Source: Caecitellus pseudoparvulus
Lineage: Eukaryota > Protista > Bigyra: Bicosoecida
Direction of reading: 5' to 3'
Assembly: GCA_965644315.1 (NCBI GenBank)
Contig: CBFFRQ010000048.1
Location: 62,001-126,000, forward strand
Length of the DNA stretch: 64,000 nucleotides
A model generated the notes under the pieces. That model was not told the DNA's origin. It searched no databases and saw only the letters and a program-made list of their open reading frames with translations. This document shows, one piece after another, positions 43,602 through 54,249 of the stretch (within the stretch, counting starts at the first letter, position 1; each line of letters starts with the position of its first letter). Both the position numbers and the translations under genes were made by a program.

Positions 43602-45937
43602 TCACCCCCACCAGGAAGGCCGGTGACCCGCAACCCCCACCGCAGGCCTGTACCCACCTACTGCCGGCTTGGCAGCCGCCTGCCGCCGCCCATACGCTGC
43701 CCCCGCATGAGATGGTGCCCCGACATGGTCCTGTCCCAGCGCCCGCGCCCCATGGGCCGCCATGCGCCCTGGGTTGTAGGCGCCCCCTGCACGCCTGCGC
43801 CCGTGAGCTGCGCCTGAGCCAGCTTGGTACCACTGCACATTGCTGGGGGAGATGGCGGGGGGGGCCTTGCCCACGCCGCCGCCTGCACCCCAGTACGACC
43901 CGCCTCGGGCGCTGGCACGGCTCCCACTGCCACTGCCGCGGCTTGCGTGGTACCCATACTTGGCCCCGGATCCGACGGCTGGGCGAGAGGCTCCAGAGGG
44001 GGCACGGGCGGCAGACCCAGCACTGGGCGTGCGGGGGCCCCTGCTGGACCCCTTCACCCACACCCCCCCTGCGCCTGCCCTGTACCCCCCTCCGCCAGCT
44101 GAGGAGTGTGAGTCGCGGGAGGCCCCTCGGCCCCTGTCCACCCCCCCTCCCGCCCCGCTGCCACGGTAATATGGGTACGCCGCGGGGCGCTGGGGAGCTG
44201 CTGCTCTGCTAGGCGCACCCACTGCGCTGGCGTAGCTAGCGTGCACTTGCTGGGCACTTGCCTGGGGACGGGACCAAATTCCCAGAGGCGCACGCGACCC
44301 GGCCTCCCCCGCGTAATACTGGGGCTGCACCGCCCGCCCCACATGGCGAGCGGGGGGCCCATGGGACCCCGGTGCGCGGGCTCCACGTGCGTGGCCCTCA
44401 GCAGGCGGCAGACTGGCCTCGGACACAGCGCGACGCATGCCATCCCCACCCCCCCTCCGCATGCCTGCCTGCCGGGCCAATGCAGCCTCAGCCACGGCCT
44501 TGGCCGCACGGTCAGCGGCAGAGAGGCGGGTGGGTGCAAGGGCAGGCTGCCTGCTGCCACTGGACGTGGCTGGTTCAGCTGCCAGAGATCCGACCCTTGA
44601 TCGTGGGGGGGGGCCGTCGCCGCTGCCACTGGTGCTGCCGCCTGTGCCCTTGCTGCCCCGTGTGGAGTCATACCTGGCGGCAGGCAGGGACTCTGTGATC
44701 TGCCGCATCTTCGACGGATGGGCCAGTCCCCTCGGAGCGGCGATGGTGGCCAGCATATCGCCGGGCTCCGTCTCCAGCGCCGCGGCGACGTCCAGGGTGG
44801 CATTCATCCACTGGCGCAGCATGGCCTTGCGCTCGGCGATGATGGGCGTGGACAGCAGTTCTTCCGCCGACGGCCGGTGCTTGGGGTTCAGCTTCAAGCA
44901 GGCGCGGATGATGCTCTGCAAGTCGGCGGAGTAGGTGGAGGGCAGGCGGGCGTAATACCCAGTCTGCACCCGCCGGGACAGCTCGTCGATGTCCCGGCCC
45001 TTGAACGGCACCTGCAGCGCCACCAGTTCGTACAGGATGCAGCCCAGGCTCCAGATGTCGCTCTTCGCGTCGTAGGCCTTGCCTCGGAAAATCTCAGGGG
45101 ACATGTAGTACGGCGTGCCGATCTGGGTGGCCGCCATACCCTGCTTGGCCAGCTTGCTGACGTTCATGTCCCCGATCTTCACGTGGCCGTCCAGGGTGAG
45201 GAACATGTTGGCTGTCTTCAAGTCTCGGTGCAGGATCTGCTTGCTGTGAAGGTGTGCGATGCCCTCCAGCATCTGGATGAAGTAGGACCACACCAGGTTC
45301 TCGTCCAGGCGCTGGCGTGCCTTGACACAGGCCTTCACCTTCTCCGCCACATCGCCGCCGTCCGCGAACTCCATGACGATGTAGATGTCCATGCTGGCCT
45401 CCCCCACGAAGGCCTCCATGAAGTTCACGATGTTGGGATGGCGGATGCTGGCCAGAAACCTGGGAAACCGCCACCGCGCAGGCACGTCCACGTGCAGCCA
45501 TTTGCGCGACGCTTGAGTGCGAAAGAACGCACCTGATTTCGTTCAGCGTGTCTTGGATCTCCCGGTGAGTCATCCTGAGCCAAGCGGTGTCGGTCGGCGG
45601 GGTGGCCGGCCAGCGTTTCTCACATGCTCAACGGCACTGCCTGAAAGCCACATCCTGAGTGGAAAAAGGCAAGTAACTCAGCAAACACACCTTGAGATAT
45701 TGACCTTTTTCAGAGCATACACTTCCCCATCCTCGATGCGTTGCACCTGTGGCAAGAACGCTTGCTCGGTGGTGCAATGTCGCTGCCCCAAATTCCGCAG
45801 GCACCTCTCCTTCGCAGGCACGCTGGGCCACGCACCTTGTAGACTTCGCCGAAAGCGCCTTTCCCAAGGCGCTTCACCACTCGGAAATCCTTGATTGTCG
45901 TCCGGGTTGAGCCGCCCGCGGCGCCGTGGGACGCCAT
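43602..45937 (-). CDS. NIMA-related Ser/Thr kinase (NEK family)
   Basis: Four exons: LGKGAFGEVYK | ...YALKKV... | ...LNEIR | FLASIRHPNIV..., with ILHRDLKTAN, IGDMNVSK, TQIGTPYYMSPE and KSDIWSLG, followed by a long disordered tail. Confidence 0.93.
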
Positions 45938-46179
45938 GGAGCGCTCCGCAACTGGTCTGAATCCAGGCAAGTGGCACCAGCTACCCAGTGGTTTTCAGAG
46001 GGCGACAATGGCGCGGTCAGGCAGCGAAAAGGTGGAGACATGGATCGGATGAATGACTGCGGACACCCCGCTTTCCATGTTTTGCAGCATGCGGGCTGCG
46101 GTGCCACCTGGTGCCATTGACCACCTTCCAACTCGCAAGAGTGGCCTCATGACAATGGCGTGCTCAGAACAACACGCAT

Positions 46180-49100
46180 TCATTGCTCAGACTGAAGAAG
46201 CAGGGCCAAACTTGCTGACATGGTTAACACGGGGGTGCAAGGAGGCACCTTGCGCAGCCACGTCAGGTCGGGTGCCTCCGGCAACATGCTAGCCTCTGCA
46301 GGCGGCGCCGAAGCTGCCCCACTTCCCCCTCCCACGCCCCCTGCAGCCCCGCTCAAGCTTGACACTTCCGGCGTTGGAGCAGCGGCGGGGCGTTCTGTGG
46401 TAGGCGCTGGCGCAGGAGCACTGCCGCCCAACAGTGCATCCAGCGCATCTAAATCCAAACCTGGCGTGGTCTCTGCCCCTGCAGCAGCTGGCAGAGTCTC
46501 TGGGCCAGGCTCTGGGGCACCACCGGGGCCAGCGAAGTCGCCAAAATCATCGTCAGAGCCTTCATCTGGCTGAGTTGCAGGGGTTTGCTCGCTTTGCGAC
46601 GGTCTAGCAGACTCGTCTTGGTGGGGCGGCGCATGGACCGCCACACCAGCCTCCGTCCCAGACGCAGCCACGGTGCCGCCAGCCTCGTCAGGCAAGGCAT
46701 CGCCAGTGATGCTTTGGTTTCCAGAAGTACCTGTGTCTGCTGGAATGGTGACGGCCTCTTCAGCAGCTGGAGGCTTTGTGCTGGGCAGGGTCTGGCCCGC
46801 CGCCTCAGTTGCCTTTCCAGTCGGTGGCCGACTCACCGGAGCCGCAGCTGCAGCAGGCCGAGCTGACGGGCTGGGACCCTTGGGCAGCCGCACAACATGT
46901 TGCTGCAGCTTCTTGCTCAGCTGGGCGTGGAAGTGGCGCTGCACCTTCTCAGGAGCAGCGATGCGCAGAGCTGGAGTGGCCACGGTGGGCTGTTCCTCCC
47001 GAGGTCCGTGCAGAACGCTGACTGTATCGGGAAGCCAAAGAGCGAGCAAATCCGCCCAGGACTGTCCGGGAGCTGAGCCGGGCACATTTCCACTGCCGCC
47101 ACTGCCATGCGTCACCTCGCCCCCGCCCTCCACACCACCCCTGCCCCCGTCACCACCCTGCCCCCCCTCCGCAAAGTCACCGAAGTCATCCCCCTCATCC
47201 CCCTCATCAGCCTCACCATCGCCACCACCGCCACTGCCGCCACTGCCATGCGTCACCTCGCCCCCGCCCTCCACACCACCACTGCCCCCGTCACCGCCCT
47301 GCCCCCCCTCCGCAAAGTCACCGAAGTCATCCCCCTCATCCCCCTCATCAGCCCCACCACCGCCACTGCCGCCACTGCCATGCGTCACCTCGCCCCCGCC
47401 CTCCACACCACCACTGCCCCCGTCACCGGCCTGCCCCCCCTCCGCAAAGTCACCGAAGTCATCCCCCTCATCCCCCTCATCCTCCTCATCACCACCACCG
47501 CCACTGCCGCCACTGCCATGCGTCACCTCGCCCCCGCCCTCCACACCACCACTGCCCCCGTCACCGCCCTGCCCCCCCTCCGCAAAGTCACCGAAGTCAT
47601 CCCCCTCATCCCCCTCATCCTCCTCATCACCACCACCGCCACTGCCGCCACTGCCGCCACTGCCATGCGTCACCTCGCCCCCGCCCTCCACACCACCACT
47701 GCCCCCGTCACCGCCCTGCCCCCCCTCCGCAAAGTCACCGAAGTCATCCCCCTCATCCTCCTCATCAGCCCCACCACCGCCACTGCCGCCACTGCCATGC
47801 GTCACCTCGCCCCCGCCCTCCACACCACCACTGCCCCCGTCACCGCCCTGCCCCCCCTCCGCAAAGTCACCGAAGTCATCCCCCTCATCCCCCTCATCAC
47901 CACCACCGCCACTGCCGCCACTGCCGCCACTGCCATGCGTCACCTCGCCCCCGCCCTCCACACCACCACTGCCCCCGTCACCGCCCTGCCCCCCCTCCGC
48001 AAAGTCACCGAAGTCATCCCCCTCATCCCCCTCATCCTCCTCATCAGCCCCACCACCGCCACTGCCGCCACTGCCGCCACTGCCATGCGTCACCTCGCCC
48101 CCGCCCTCCACACCACCACTGCCCCCGTCACCGCCCTGCCCCCCCTCCGCAAAGTCACCGAAGTCATCCCCCTCATCCCCCTCATCAGCCCCACCACCAC
48201 CACCACCGCCACTGCCGCCACTGCCATGCGTCACCTCGCCCCCGCCCTCCACACCACCACTGCCCCCGTCACCGCCCTGCCCCCCCTCCGCAAAGTCACC
48301 GAAGTCATCCCCCTCATCCCCCTCATCAGCCCCACCACCGCCACTGCCGCCACTGCCATGCGTCACCTCGCCCCCGCCCTCCACACCACCACTGCCCCCG
48401 TCACCGCCCTGCCCCCCCTCCGCAAAGTCACCGAAGTCATCCCCCTCATCCCCCTCATCACCACCACCGCCACTGCCGCCACTGCCATGCGTCACCTCGC
48501 CCCCGCCCTCCACACCACCACTGCCCCCGTCACCGCCCTGCCCCCCCTCCGCAAAGTCACCGAAGTCATCCCCCTCATCCCCCTCATCCCCCTCATCACC
48601 GCCACTGCCGCCACTGCCATGCGTCACCTCGCCCCCGCCCTCCACACCACCACTGCCCCCGTCACCGCCCTGCCCCCCCTCCGCAAAGTCACCGAAGTCA
48701 TCCCCCTCATCCCCCTCATCAGCCCCACCACCGCCACTGCCGCCACTGCCATGCGTCACCTCGCCCCCGCCCTCCACACCACCACTGCCCCCGTCACCGC
48801 CCTGCCCCCCCTCCGCAAAGTCACCGAAGTCATCCCCCTCATCCCCCTCATCCTCCTCATCACCACCACCGCCACTGCCGCCACTGCCATGCGTCACCTC
48901 GCCCCCGCCCTCCACACCACCACTGCCCCCGTCACCGCCCTGCCCCCCCTCCGCAAAGTCACCGAAGTCATCCCCCTCATCCCCCTCATCAGCCCCACCA
49001 CCGCCACTGCCGCCACTGCCATGCGTCACCTCGCCCCCGCCCTCCACACCACCACTGCCCCCGTCACCGCCCTGCCCCCCCTCCGCAAAGTCACCGAAGT

Positions 49101-49779
49101 CATCCTCCTCATCCCCCTCATCCCCCTCATCACCACCACCGCCACTGCCGCCACTGCCGCCACTGCCATGCGTCACCTCGCCCCCGCCCTCCACACCACC
49201 ACTGCCCCCGTCACCGCCCTGCCCCCCCTCCGCAAAGTCACCGAAGTCATCCCCCTCATCCCCCTCATCCTCCTCATCACCACCACCGCCACCGCCACTG
49301 CCGCCACTGCCATGCGTCACCTCGCCCCCGCCCTCCACACCACCACTGCCCCCGTCACCGCCCTGCCCCCCCTCCGCAAAGTCACCGAAGTCATCCCCCT
49401 CATCCCCCTCATCCTCCTCATCACCACCACCACCACCGCCACTGCCGCCACTGCCGCCACTGCCAGAGTCATCATGTCCAGGCACCTGTGTCTCGCTATT
49501 CTGACCTGGTGCCGAGTCACAAGACTCTCGCTTGTGCTGCAAATTACTAGTCTGACTGTCTGATACACCAGCGGATCCTGTACTGAGACTGTCAGTCACA
49601 GCCAGAGCTGGCGTGTCCACGCCATGCATGGCTTCATCTGCCTCATGGTCAGATACTTGCGCTAGTCCATCCTCAGGTGCCGAGGAACCCGGGCTTTCCA
49701 AGGTTTTCTCAGTGCCTCCAGAAGAACCATGTTCGGAAGAGTCGCCTTCTTCGTGCGATGAGCTGGGTGCCTCAGCCAT
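46180..49779 (-). CDS. Disordered Gly/acidic repeat protein with 18 DDFGDF motifs (aftiphilin/gamma-synergin-like candidate AP-1 accessory protein)
   Basis: One ORF spans the repeat array and both unique flanks. DDFGDF matches the established gamma-adaptin-ear binding consensus, and one more copy occurs outside the array (DEGSDDDFGDFAG). Confidence 0.7.
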   Translation of the reverse strand: MAEAPSSSHEEGDSSEHGSSGGTEKTLESPGSSAPEDGLAQVSDHEADEAMHGVDTPALAVTDSLSTGSAGVSDSQTSNLQHKRESCDSAPGQNSETQVPGHDDSGSGGSGGSGGGGGGDEEDEGDEGDDFGDFAEGGQGGDGGSGGVEGGGEVTHGSGGSGGGGGGDEEDEGDEGDDFGDFAEGGQGGDGGSGGVEGGGEVTHGSGGSGGSGGGGDEGDEGDEEDDFGDFAEGGQGGDGGSGGVEGGGEVTHGSGGSGGGGADEGDEGDDFGDFAEGGQGGDGGSGGVEGGGEVTHGSGGSGGGGDEEDEGDEGDDFGDFAEGGQGGDGGSGGVEGGGEVTHGSGGSGGGGADEGDEGDDFGDFAEGGQGGDGGSGGVEGGGEVTHGSGGSGGDEGDEGDEGDDFGDFAEGGQGGDGGSGGVEGGGEVTHGSGGSGGGGDEGDEGDDFGDFAEGGQGGDGGSGGVEGGGEVTHGSGGSGGGGADEGDEGDDFGDFAEGGQGGDGGSGGVEGGGEVTHGSGGSGGGGGGGADEGDEGDDFGDFAEGGQGGDGGSGGVEGGGEVTHGSGGSGGSGGGGADEEDEGDEGDDFGDFAEGGQGGDGGSGGVEGGGEVTHGSGGSGGSGGGGDEGDEGDDFGDFAEGGQGGDGGSGGVEGGGEVTHGSGGSGGGGADEEDEGDDFGDFAEGGQGGDGGSGGVEGGGEVTHGSGGSGGSGGGGDEEDEGDEGDDFGDFAEGGQGGDGGSGGVEGGGEVTHGSGGSGGGGDEEDEGDEGDDFGDFAEGGQAGDGGSGGVEGGGEVTHGSGGSGGGGADEGDEGDDFGDFAEGGQGGDGGSGGVEGGGEVTHGSGGSGGGGDGEADEGDEGDDFGDFAEGGQGGDGGRGGVEGGGEVTHGSGGSGNVPGSAPGQSWADLLALWLPDTVSVLHGPREEQPTVATPALRIAAPEKVQRHFHAQLSKKLQQHVVRLPKGPSPSARPAAAAAPVSRPPTGKATEAAGQTLPSTKPPAAEEAVTIPADTGTSGNQSITGDALPDEAGGTVAASGTEAGVAVHAPPHQDESARPSQSEQTPATQPDEGSDDDFGDFAGPGGAPEPGPETLPAAAGAETTPGLDLDALDALLGGSAPAPAPTTERPAAAPTPEVSSLSGAAGGVGGGSGAASAPPAEASMLPEAPDLTWLRKVPPCTPVLTMSASLALLLQSEQ
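47091..49464. repeat. Coding minisatellite: 17 tandem units averaging about 138 bp
   Basis: CGCAAAGTCACCGAAGTCATC counted 17 times. The core is nearly invariant, and unit length varies through in-frame 3-nt and 9-nt subrepeats. Confidence 0.95.
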
Positions 49780-50158
49780 GGTCTTGGCCACTGCCCAAGT
49801 TTGTGCAGGGAGCACGGGCTAATTCCGCAGCCGACAAGGCCACCTTGGAGCGAAGAGATGCACCTAGAACCGGCACGAGCCTTGTCAAGCAGCATTGCAA
49901 GCAAACACTCCACCTGCATGAAACTGCTTCACGCACACGTCTTGAAAGTATTCGCAGTGTGAGTGGGCCACCACTTGGTGGTGGCTTGAGCAAAGCTCTC
50001 CGGGCACACAAACATGCACAAGGCACTCGGTGATGAACGGTTCGCAGACATGAAGAGTACATTAATCGATACAAGACACATCAAAGCCCGAGTGTTCTGC
50101 CTGCCAAGCCTCCATGGAGCATTCCGGGGTCGCCCTGCGCAGCGCAGCCAGTCGCTTC

Positions 50159-51556
50159 TCACACAAAGTGCAGCCACCAGGGAAGTCCCCACCAAGACAG
50201 CCGCCCCGCCGCAACCTCTGCCAGCACAGCCACCGCGGCATGTTTCTTCACTGGAGTTGCGTAGCCGATTGCGTGTGCTGCCCAGTCCCCCCACTGCCAG
50301 CGACCAGGCCCCCAATTGGACGTGTAGCCGTTCATGCCCATGCACGTGGGCAGCACCCGCACGTGCATGGGGTGGGACTGCAAGTTCAGGTAGCTGTTGT
50401 AGGACACTTGGTCTCTGGCCCCATGCCTGGGCTTGAGGAAGACTATGGACAGCTTGGACTTGACCCAGTCAGTGGAAGCTGCTAGCAGCACTCCCGAGTT
50501 CAGACCGAAGCCGCTCGCTCCGTTGTCGGAGCTGGCAATGAAGTGAGGCACTGAGGAGACGACGGCGCCGTCCAGCACCCGCCCTTGGCGCAGGGCGGCA
50601 AAGACAGCCTCATGCCGCGCAGGAGCCCAGTCACCGTGAGAGCAGTCTTGTGGGTGCTGCCTGTCCTGGGTAATGGCGCCCACGGCGTTGCGGTGGGAGC
50701 ACAGGCCGAAGATGAAGCTCTCCACGCCCACTTCGGGCCGAGCAAGGACGGCGTCCGCGTCCACCCACAGCACCCACTTGGGCGGAGGGCTTAGCTGCGC
50801 CTCGAACAGGACGTGGTACATGAGGGCTGTCTTGCCCCACACCCTTGAGCGGCCAGAGAGGTCCGCCTGGGCCACGAGGGGGCTAGTGGCGTTCCACTCC
50901 TCGATCGCAGCGCTGCCGAACAGTTCTCGGGAGGTGACGAAGCTGTACCCGTGCCGTGTGGCGAAGGAGTGGCGGAGGTCGACGAGGGTCGCCTCCATGC
51001 CGGGGGCGTACCCCTCAGCGTGGAAGAGCACGTACACAGAGGCTGGATCGAACTGCAGCAGGGCTCGCTGCTCTGGTGTGACGGTGTGCGTGGTGTAGGG
51101 GCAGGGGCGCAGGCCTGCCACCTGCTGCAGGCGCAGTGTGAACGCCAAGACAACGGCCCAGTACAAGGCAAACACGGCAGTGGAGAGGAGCAGCAGGGGC
51201 TTGCTTAATCCCTGTGGAGGCACGCGCCACAGGGACAAGAGCGGGCTGCTTGCGCGCCGGGTGGGGCTGGGTAGGAGGCTGGGCAGTGTGTCTGAGCGTG
51301 GGCCAGGGGAGGTCCAGTAGTGCGTGGCCACCAGCTGCAGCACACAGTGCCCCAGCAAGACTGCAGCTGGGATGCGCAGGGCCAGGGCTGCTCCAGCGCC
51401 ACAGAAAATGCATGTGTCGCCGAGGATGTTCCAAGTGCCAACGGCGAAAGACCACCAGAGTGCTGCCGCGCACCACGTGGTCACAAGGGCACCCGTGAGC
51501 GCCACTGCGAGGGGGTGAGTGTACAGCCCAAGAAGAAGGTGAAGCTTGCTCGCCAT
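50159..51556 (-). CDS. Glycosyltransferase family 34 (GMA12/MNN10-like) with N-terminal TM helices
   Basis: FATRHGY, VWGKTALM, WVLWVDADA (DxD motif), GLNSGVLL and RDQ; three hydrophobic segments precede the catalytic domain. Confidence 0.78.
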   Translation of the reverse strand: MASKLHLLLGLYTHPLAVALTGALVTTWCAAALWWSFAVGTWNILGDTCIFCGAGAALALRIPAAVLLGHCVLQLVATHYWTSPGPRSDTLPSLLPSPTRRASSPLLSLWRVPPQGLSKPLLLLSTAVFALYWAVVLAFTLRLQQVAGLRPCPYTTHTVTPEQRALLQFDPASVYVLFHAEGYAPGMEATLVDLRHSFATRHGYSFVTSRELFGSAAIEEWNATSPLVAQADLSGRSRVWGKTALMYHVLFEAQLSPPPKWVLWVDADAVLARPEVGVESFIFGLCSHRNAVGAITQDRQHPQDCSHGDWAPARHEAVFAALRQGRVLDGAVVSSVPHFIASSDNGASGFGLNSGVLLAASTDWVKSKLSIVFLKPRHGARDQVSYNSYLNLQSHPMHVRVLPTCMGMNGYTSNWGPGRWQWGDWAAHAIGYATPVKKHAAVAVLAEVAAGRLSWWGLPWWLHFV

Positions 51557-52159
51557 TCCTACGGAAAGGCCTCTTCAGGCCACAAGGAGTGAGCAGCAGC
51601 GGGGGTGGCGAGGGGTGTGCTGCCGAGCACAAGCATGCGGAATTGAGTCTTCAGTCCCGGACTCCGCTATCCTGCTGGAAAGCAACGCAGTTGCACTTGA
51701 CAAAGCGCAGCGAAAAAGTGAAACGATTTTCGTTCAGCACAGGGTGCTCGGGTGGCGCTGGGCTGCTGTGATGGGACACAAAACAGTGAGCCTCGATTCC
51801 AACTCTCAGCGAGCAGTGTGCCTTTCGAAGGCGCGTGCTCACAGCAGGCCCCTGGCAGTGGGGGTCCAGCCACGGACCAAGCCCTGCGACTACCTTGGGC
51901 ACACGCCAAGAAGTCAGGGTTTTTGTGAAGCGCAGCGTGTGCTGCATGGCACCACGTCGCGCTGGGCAGTTGAGCTGGCTCACTAAGCAGCTCCCAAGCG
52001 CAACCATACTGAGCTCAGTCTGGATTTTCGGCGGCTCACAGCAAATCATCTCTCAATACATCACCCCCATGCACCCGATCTCAGCTCCGCGCTGTTCCAC
52101 CTCTGCGCTGTGCTTCGTGCAAGGCTTGGGCAGCTGGGTGTGGTTCCAATTTCCGCACC

Positions 52160-54145
52160 ATGTCGGGCGGCAGGCCCACGCTGCCGCCTCCATGGCAGAT
52201 GCACATCTCCAGGTCGTCGGGGAAGAAGTACTACTTCAACCCAACAAATGGGCAGTCGACGTACGTGTTCCAGGAGGTGCTGGATGCAGTGGCGAGCGCG
52301 TCCAGACCGCCGCAGGCAGCCAGCATTCCTGCACCAGCAGGCTCCAGGCCAGCCCCCCTTGTCATGGCTGCATCGGCGGGTGGGGCGAGTGGGGCCACGG
52401 TGACACACGCGCCATCCTTGGCAAGGAGCACGTCACAGGATTCAAGCGCACCTGTGGCAACGGGTGTGGGCCAGGCTGCGCAGGCAAGTGCACGGGTGGC
52501 TTCGCAGTATGACAAGCTGGAGTCGCAGACTGCTGCGGAGCGGCAGGCCAGCCGGATTTACTTCTTGCGGGCGTTCAACAACTGGATCAAGGCGTCCCTC
52601 ATCGTCACCAGTGTCCCTGCAGACTGCTCCTCTGTCCTGGACCTGGCTTGTGGCAAGCTGGGCGACATGGGCAAGTGGCGGCAGCAGGGCGTGAAGCTGT
52701 ACACGGGCATTGACATCAGCATGCAGCAGCTGCAGGAGGCGGCGGAGCGATTTAACTCCGCCACGCAGCGCATCAAGCGCGGCCTGCAGCAGGCGCGTGC
52801 AGCAGGGCAGGAAGCCCGTATGCAGGAGCAACGCAAGCAGCTGTTTCAGCTGCGCCTGCTGCAGGCCGACCTAGGTGTGGTGGACCTGGACAGCATGGGC
52901 GTGCTGAGCGACCGATTCACGTCTGCTGGCTGTGCAGACAAGGATCGGGAGGTGTTCAATGTCGTGTCTATGCAGTTTGCGCTGCACTACCTGTTCGCGA
53001 CAGAAGCTCGTGCTGTGCAGTTTTTCCGCTTTCTCGGTGCGCGCACGAAGCGCAACGGCGTGTTCATGGGCACCATTCCCGACGCCAATGTCCTGGTGCG
53101 GCGCCTGCGGGGCTTGAAGCCTGGCGAGACGTCTTTCGGCAACAGCATTTTTCGAGTCACTGCGCCGCAAAGCAGCTTGGATCGGCTGAACGCGCTGGGC
53201 ATGAACCCCTTCGGGCTGAAGTACACGTTCTGGCTGGATGCTCAAGTGGAGAGCATTGACGAGTACCTGGTTCCGTGGCCGCTCCTGGTTCGCTTGGCTC
53301 GCATGGCTGGCTTTCGCCCTGTGTTGCGCCACAACTTCCACGCGTTCTACGAAACGCTCATGCACTCGCGGGCCAAGAGCTCCGCAGCTGCCAAGAAGCT
53401 CCTAACGAAAATGATACAAGGAAAAGACGACGCGACGGGCCAGACCGGGCTGTCGTCCGATGAGTGGGAGGCCGCTGGCATGTACATGGTGTTTGCCTTT
53501 CGCAAGGTGGGCCCCGTCGCGCCTGAGCTGCCCATTGCCCCACGCCCAGCGCCACCGGCAGAAGTGGAAATTCCTGAGAACATCCGCGACCGCGTTGAGG
53601 CGGAGGCCGCATGTGGGTTCGACAAAGCGGCTTCCTTCGCAGAGTTGCCGAAGGTTCCTGTGCCACGCAGCGGCCGGGAACTGTTCTCTTGGCCAGCCGG
53701 CCAAGATCGCCACAGCATCCCCTACGCGGACCATGTGGAGCCATCCAGCATCATGGACGCATCAAGGGCTTGCTTGGACGCCTGGCGCAGCGTGCTGGCC
53801 GCCCGCTCCCAGGCGGTGGAGTTGGGCCTGGCAGACGAGGCGGGGAGCGACACCGAGCAGCCAGGGCACGGCCAGGGCTCGGAAGAAGAAGCCAGCGAAG
53901 CGGCTGCCATCGCAGCTGCAGCGGCAGTGTCGAGCGGGGCTGCCAGTGGTGGTCGCAAGCGAAGCAAGGGCAAGTCGGGCTCAGGCACGGGGGCTACGGA
54001 AGCTGAGATGGCTGAGGCTGAGGCGGTGCTGGCAGAGTTGCAGGGCGGGGAGGGCCTGGGTGACGACGAGGAGGACGAAGTTGGCGCGTACGCCGCCATG
54101 GTGCAGGCAGGAGAGGAGGAGGAGGATGACTTTGACCTTGGCTGA
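52160..54145 (+). CDS. RNMT: mRNA cap guanine-N7 methyltransferase with an N-terminal WW domain
   Basis: LRAFNNWIKASLI, VLDLACGKLGDMGKW, GIDIS, SMQFALHYLF, GTIPDA, FGLKYTFWL and EYLVPW; WW domain LPPPWQMHISRSSGKKYYFNPTNGQSTY. Confidence 0.92.
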   Translation: MSGGRPTLPPPWQMHISRSSGKKYYFNPTNGQSTYVFQEVLDAVASASRPPQAASIPAPAGSRPAPLVMAASAGGASGATVTHAPSLARSTSQDSSAPVATGVGQAAQASARVASQYDKLESQTAAERQASRIYFLRAFNNWIKASLIVTSVPADCSSVLDLACGKLGDMGKWRQQGVKLYTGIDISMQQLQEAAERFNSATQRIKRGLQQARAAGQEARMQEQRKQLFQLRLLQADLGVVDLDSMGVLSDRFTSAGCADKDREVFNVVSMQFALHYLFATEARAVQFFRFLGARTKRNGVFMGTIPDANVLVRRLRGLKPGETSFGNSIFRVTAPQSSLDRLNALGMNPFGLKYTFWLDAQVESIDEYLVPWPLLVRLARMAGFRPVLRHNFHAFYETLMHSRAKSSAAAKKLLTKMIQGKDDATGQTGLSSDEWEAAGMYMVFAFRKVGPVAPELPIAPRPAPPAEVEIPENIRDRVEAEAACGFDKAASFAELPKVPVPRSGRELFSWPAGQDRHSIPYADHVEPSSIMDASRACLDAWRSVLAARSQAVELGLADEAGSDTEQPGHGQGSEEEASEAAAIAAAAAVSSGAASGGRKRSKGKSGSGTGATEAEMAEAEAVLAELQGGEGLGDDEEDEVGAYAAMVQAGEEEEDDFDLG

Positions 54146-54249
54146 GGCAGATGGTGTGCAGTGTCGTTGCGGACCCAATTCACCAATGGAACTGGCCATG
54201 GCCCTGCGAGGTGCCTTGCAGGCAGGGCGCAGGCTTGGTGTGGTCCAGC

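Noticed and set aside
43492-44061. N-terminal 190 aa of the 907-aa ORF, suggesting a CDK5RAP1/NEK same-strand overlap
   Set aside because: An alternative-frame read of the NEK tail; the plausible presequence starts at ATG 43491.
47091-49464. CRISPR-like array or telomeric repeat
   Set aside because: There are no unique spacers; the units are contiguous, in-frame coding repeats.
46673-49563. Plus-strand 943-aa Pro/Ser-rich (extensin-like) and 818-aa Thr-rich ORFs
   Set aside because: They are open only because the repeat unit lacks stops in those frames. The minus frame extends through both unique flanks and carries the same motif outside the array.
51557-52159. Possible ncRNA in the 600-bp GT34/RNMT gap
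   Set aside because: No tRNA, snRNA, SRP or snoRNA signature recognisable by eye; most simply a divergent promoter plus UTRs. An Rfam scan would settle it.
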